A stretch of 63,979 nucleotides of DNA, the filler included, from Octopus bimaculoides (lineage: Eukaryota), in NCBI RefSeq assembly GCF_001194135.2. It is 9 parts of 6 records of this genome, joined end to end, with 100 filler letters (N's around TTAATTAATTAA, not from the genome) between each part and the next. Parts side by side here need not be neighbours in the genome. Positions count along the whole stretch, not along the records: positions 62,064 to 63,979 come from NC_068986.1; 8 more parts are not named here. One strand, written 5' to 3'. This document shows positions 61,964 through 63,979 of the stretch, piece by piece; the stretch's first letter is position 1, and each line of letters begins with the position of its first letter. Below the pieces are notes generated by a model. It saw nothing but the letters and a program-made list of their open reading frames with translations. It was not told the DNA's origin and did no database searches. A program made the position numbers and the translations under genes.

Positions 61964-62063
61964 NNNNNNNNNNNNNNNNNNNNNNNNNNNNNNNNNNNNN
62001 NNNNNNNTTAATTAATTAANNNNNNNNNNNNNNNNNNNNNNNNNNNNNNNNNNNNNNNNNNNN

Positions 62064-62104
<41 letters not shown>

Positions 62105-63373
62105 TCCCTCTTGTTCCTTTTCTATTGTCCTTTCAACTTCTTTTTCACAACATACACAAACACACGCTCACACAAACACACACATTCCTTTTATATTGTC
62201 TTTCTAATTCTCTTTCGCTACTACGCGCGCGCGCGCTCACGCATCATCCACACACATACGCCCACACACATGCGCACAAACATATGCCCACACACACATA
62301 CACACACACACATATTTACACGCACGCACATGCACACAGAAGTCAATTCGCCTTACACTTCCAAATACACATGACTAATTCTACACCACATATAGATACT
62401 CTCTCAAACATTTACCATCTCTCTCTCTCCCTTTCTGTTAGTTTAATACATGTCTCTAACACATCCATTCATATATACTTCGTCGGTTTGCTTGTTAGTG
62501 TGTCTTCCCAATCCACACACACTACATCTCTCTCTCTCTCTCTCTATCTCTCTCTTCTACTCTTTCCATAACACTATCTCTCACCCCCATACACCCACCT
62601 ACACTCACACACATACATATACACAGAAACAGACGTAAGCCCTCAAACACTGCAGCTGACACACAAACACAAACTCAAGACACCAACGAAAATCAGGGGT
62701 TAAGTGCTCAGTTCGACTTCGGTAGGATATTCATGTATTTACAAATGATTGACAGCATCACTTCATCAGCGCCAGCTCCGATGGAAAGTAAGCGGAAGTC
62801 TCTGGCAGAAAAATAGAATGCATATTATACACACACACACATATATATAGTCAAAACTTGGGTACAAAAACAATGTTTTTAGTATAGGCCTGCATATAAA
62901 TTCATATATGAGAGAGAGAGGGGGGGGAACAAATTAAAGGATATACCACTTTTTATTTAGTTACTTTTTTTCTATTAGCAATATGACAAATTCAAAACGG
63001 TTTTAGTCTGTATATATGTGTTCATTATGCATTATGCANNNNNNNNNNNNNNNNNNNNNNNNNNNNNNNNNNNNNNNNNNNNNNNNNNNNNNNNNNNNNN
63101 NNNNNNNNNNNNNNNNNNNNNNNNNNNNNNNNNNNNNNNNNNNNNNNNNNNNNNNNNNNNNNNNNNNNNNNNNNNNNNNNNNNNNNNNNNNNNNNNNNNN
63201 NNNNNNNNNNNNNNNNNNNNNNNNNNNNNNNNNNNNNNNNNNNNNNNNNNNNNNNNNNNNNNNNNNNNNNNNNNNNNNNNNNNNNNNNNNNNNNNNNNNN
63301 NNNNNNNNNNNNNNNNNNNNNNNNNNNNNNNNNNNNNNNNNNNNNNNNNNNNNNNNNNNNNNNNNNNNNNNNN

Positions 63374-63628
63374 AAGGGATGGTGGCGAACCCTGCTGTAC
63401 TCTTTCACCACAACTTTCTCTCACTCTTTCTCCCTGTTTCTGTTGTGCCTGTAATTCAAAGGGTCAGCCTTGTCACACTGTGTCACGCTGAATATCCCAG
63501 AGAACTACGTTAAGGGTACACGTGTCTGTGGAGTGCTCAGCCACTTGCACGTTAATTTCACGAGCAGGCTGTTCCGTTGATCGGATCAACTGGAACCCTC
63601 GGCGTCGTAAGCGACGGAGTGCCAACAG
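63374..63628 (+). mobile_element. SINE family C, 3' part (head lost in gap)
   Basis: Reverse complement of 50696-50950. Confidence 0.88.
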
Positions 63629-63671
63629 CAACAGATGGCTGCAGGTTCAGCCACTAAAACTGCTGAATTAT

Positions 63672-63870
63672 CTAACTCTTTAACATTTAAACAAACAAGC
63701 CTTATCCAGCCCATACAGTTGACCTGTTTTATGTTCAAACTGGCCAAATCTGATCTCTCATAACTACCCTACAATGTCATTCTAAAAATAAGCATTCACA
63801 CAGGCAGGCCATATCAGGCCGAAATAGTTGACCTGCATTATGTTCAAACTGGTCAGATCTGGGGGACTGT
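63672..63870 (+). mobile_element. MITE family 1 fragments (two partial copies)
   Basis: gttttatgttcaaactggccaaatctg and ttatgttcaaactggtcagatctgg. Confidence 0.65.
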
Positions 63871-63928
63871 AAGCCTAGGACTTATTCTATCAGTCAAACC
63901 ACTAAGTTAGAAGGACATAAACACATCA

Positions 63929-63979
<51 letters not shown>

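Noticed and set aside
62770-62800. ATGGAAA|gtaagc as a possible first coding exon with a GCGGAAGT motif
   Set aside because: Too short to support without transcript data.

Overview
AT-rich, microsatellite-dense animal genomic DNA with many N gaps. The SINE repertoire and repeat landscape point to a coleoid cephalopod, most likely Octopus; this is an inference from recognisable SINE families and was not database-checked. No intact host protein-coding gene is supported: the six-frame ORFs are microsatellite or gap artefacts or transposon remnants, so the window is probably intronic or intergenic. Content: decayed Tc1/mariner elements (D,D34D mariners and three internally deleted D,D37D maT-type copies); remnants of RTE, CR1-like, CRE-like and Penelope-like retroelements; a probable solo LTR; piggyBac-like TTAA MITEs; dozens of modular tRNA-derived SINEs; and a full-length U6 snRNA copy fused directly to a SINE. 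Most interesting: (i) the U6-SINE chimera with a duplicated U6 5' stem-loop; (ii) a dispersed short repeat carrying a minimal type-I hammerhead-like fold with a recurrent non-canonical A6->U core; (iii) a Penelope structure with inverted terminal arms, each ending in a hammerhead-like motif; (iv) parallel internal deletions in two maT subfamilies. SINE family labels A-E are mine, and SINE boundaries are approximate unless a TSD is quoted.
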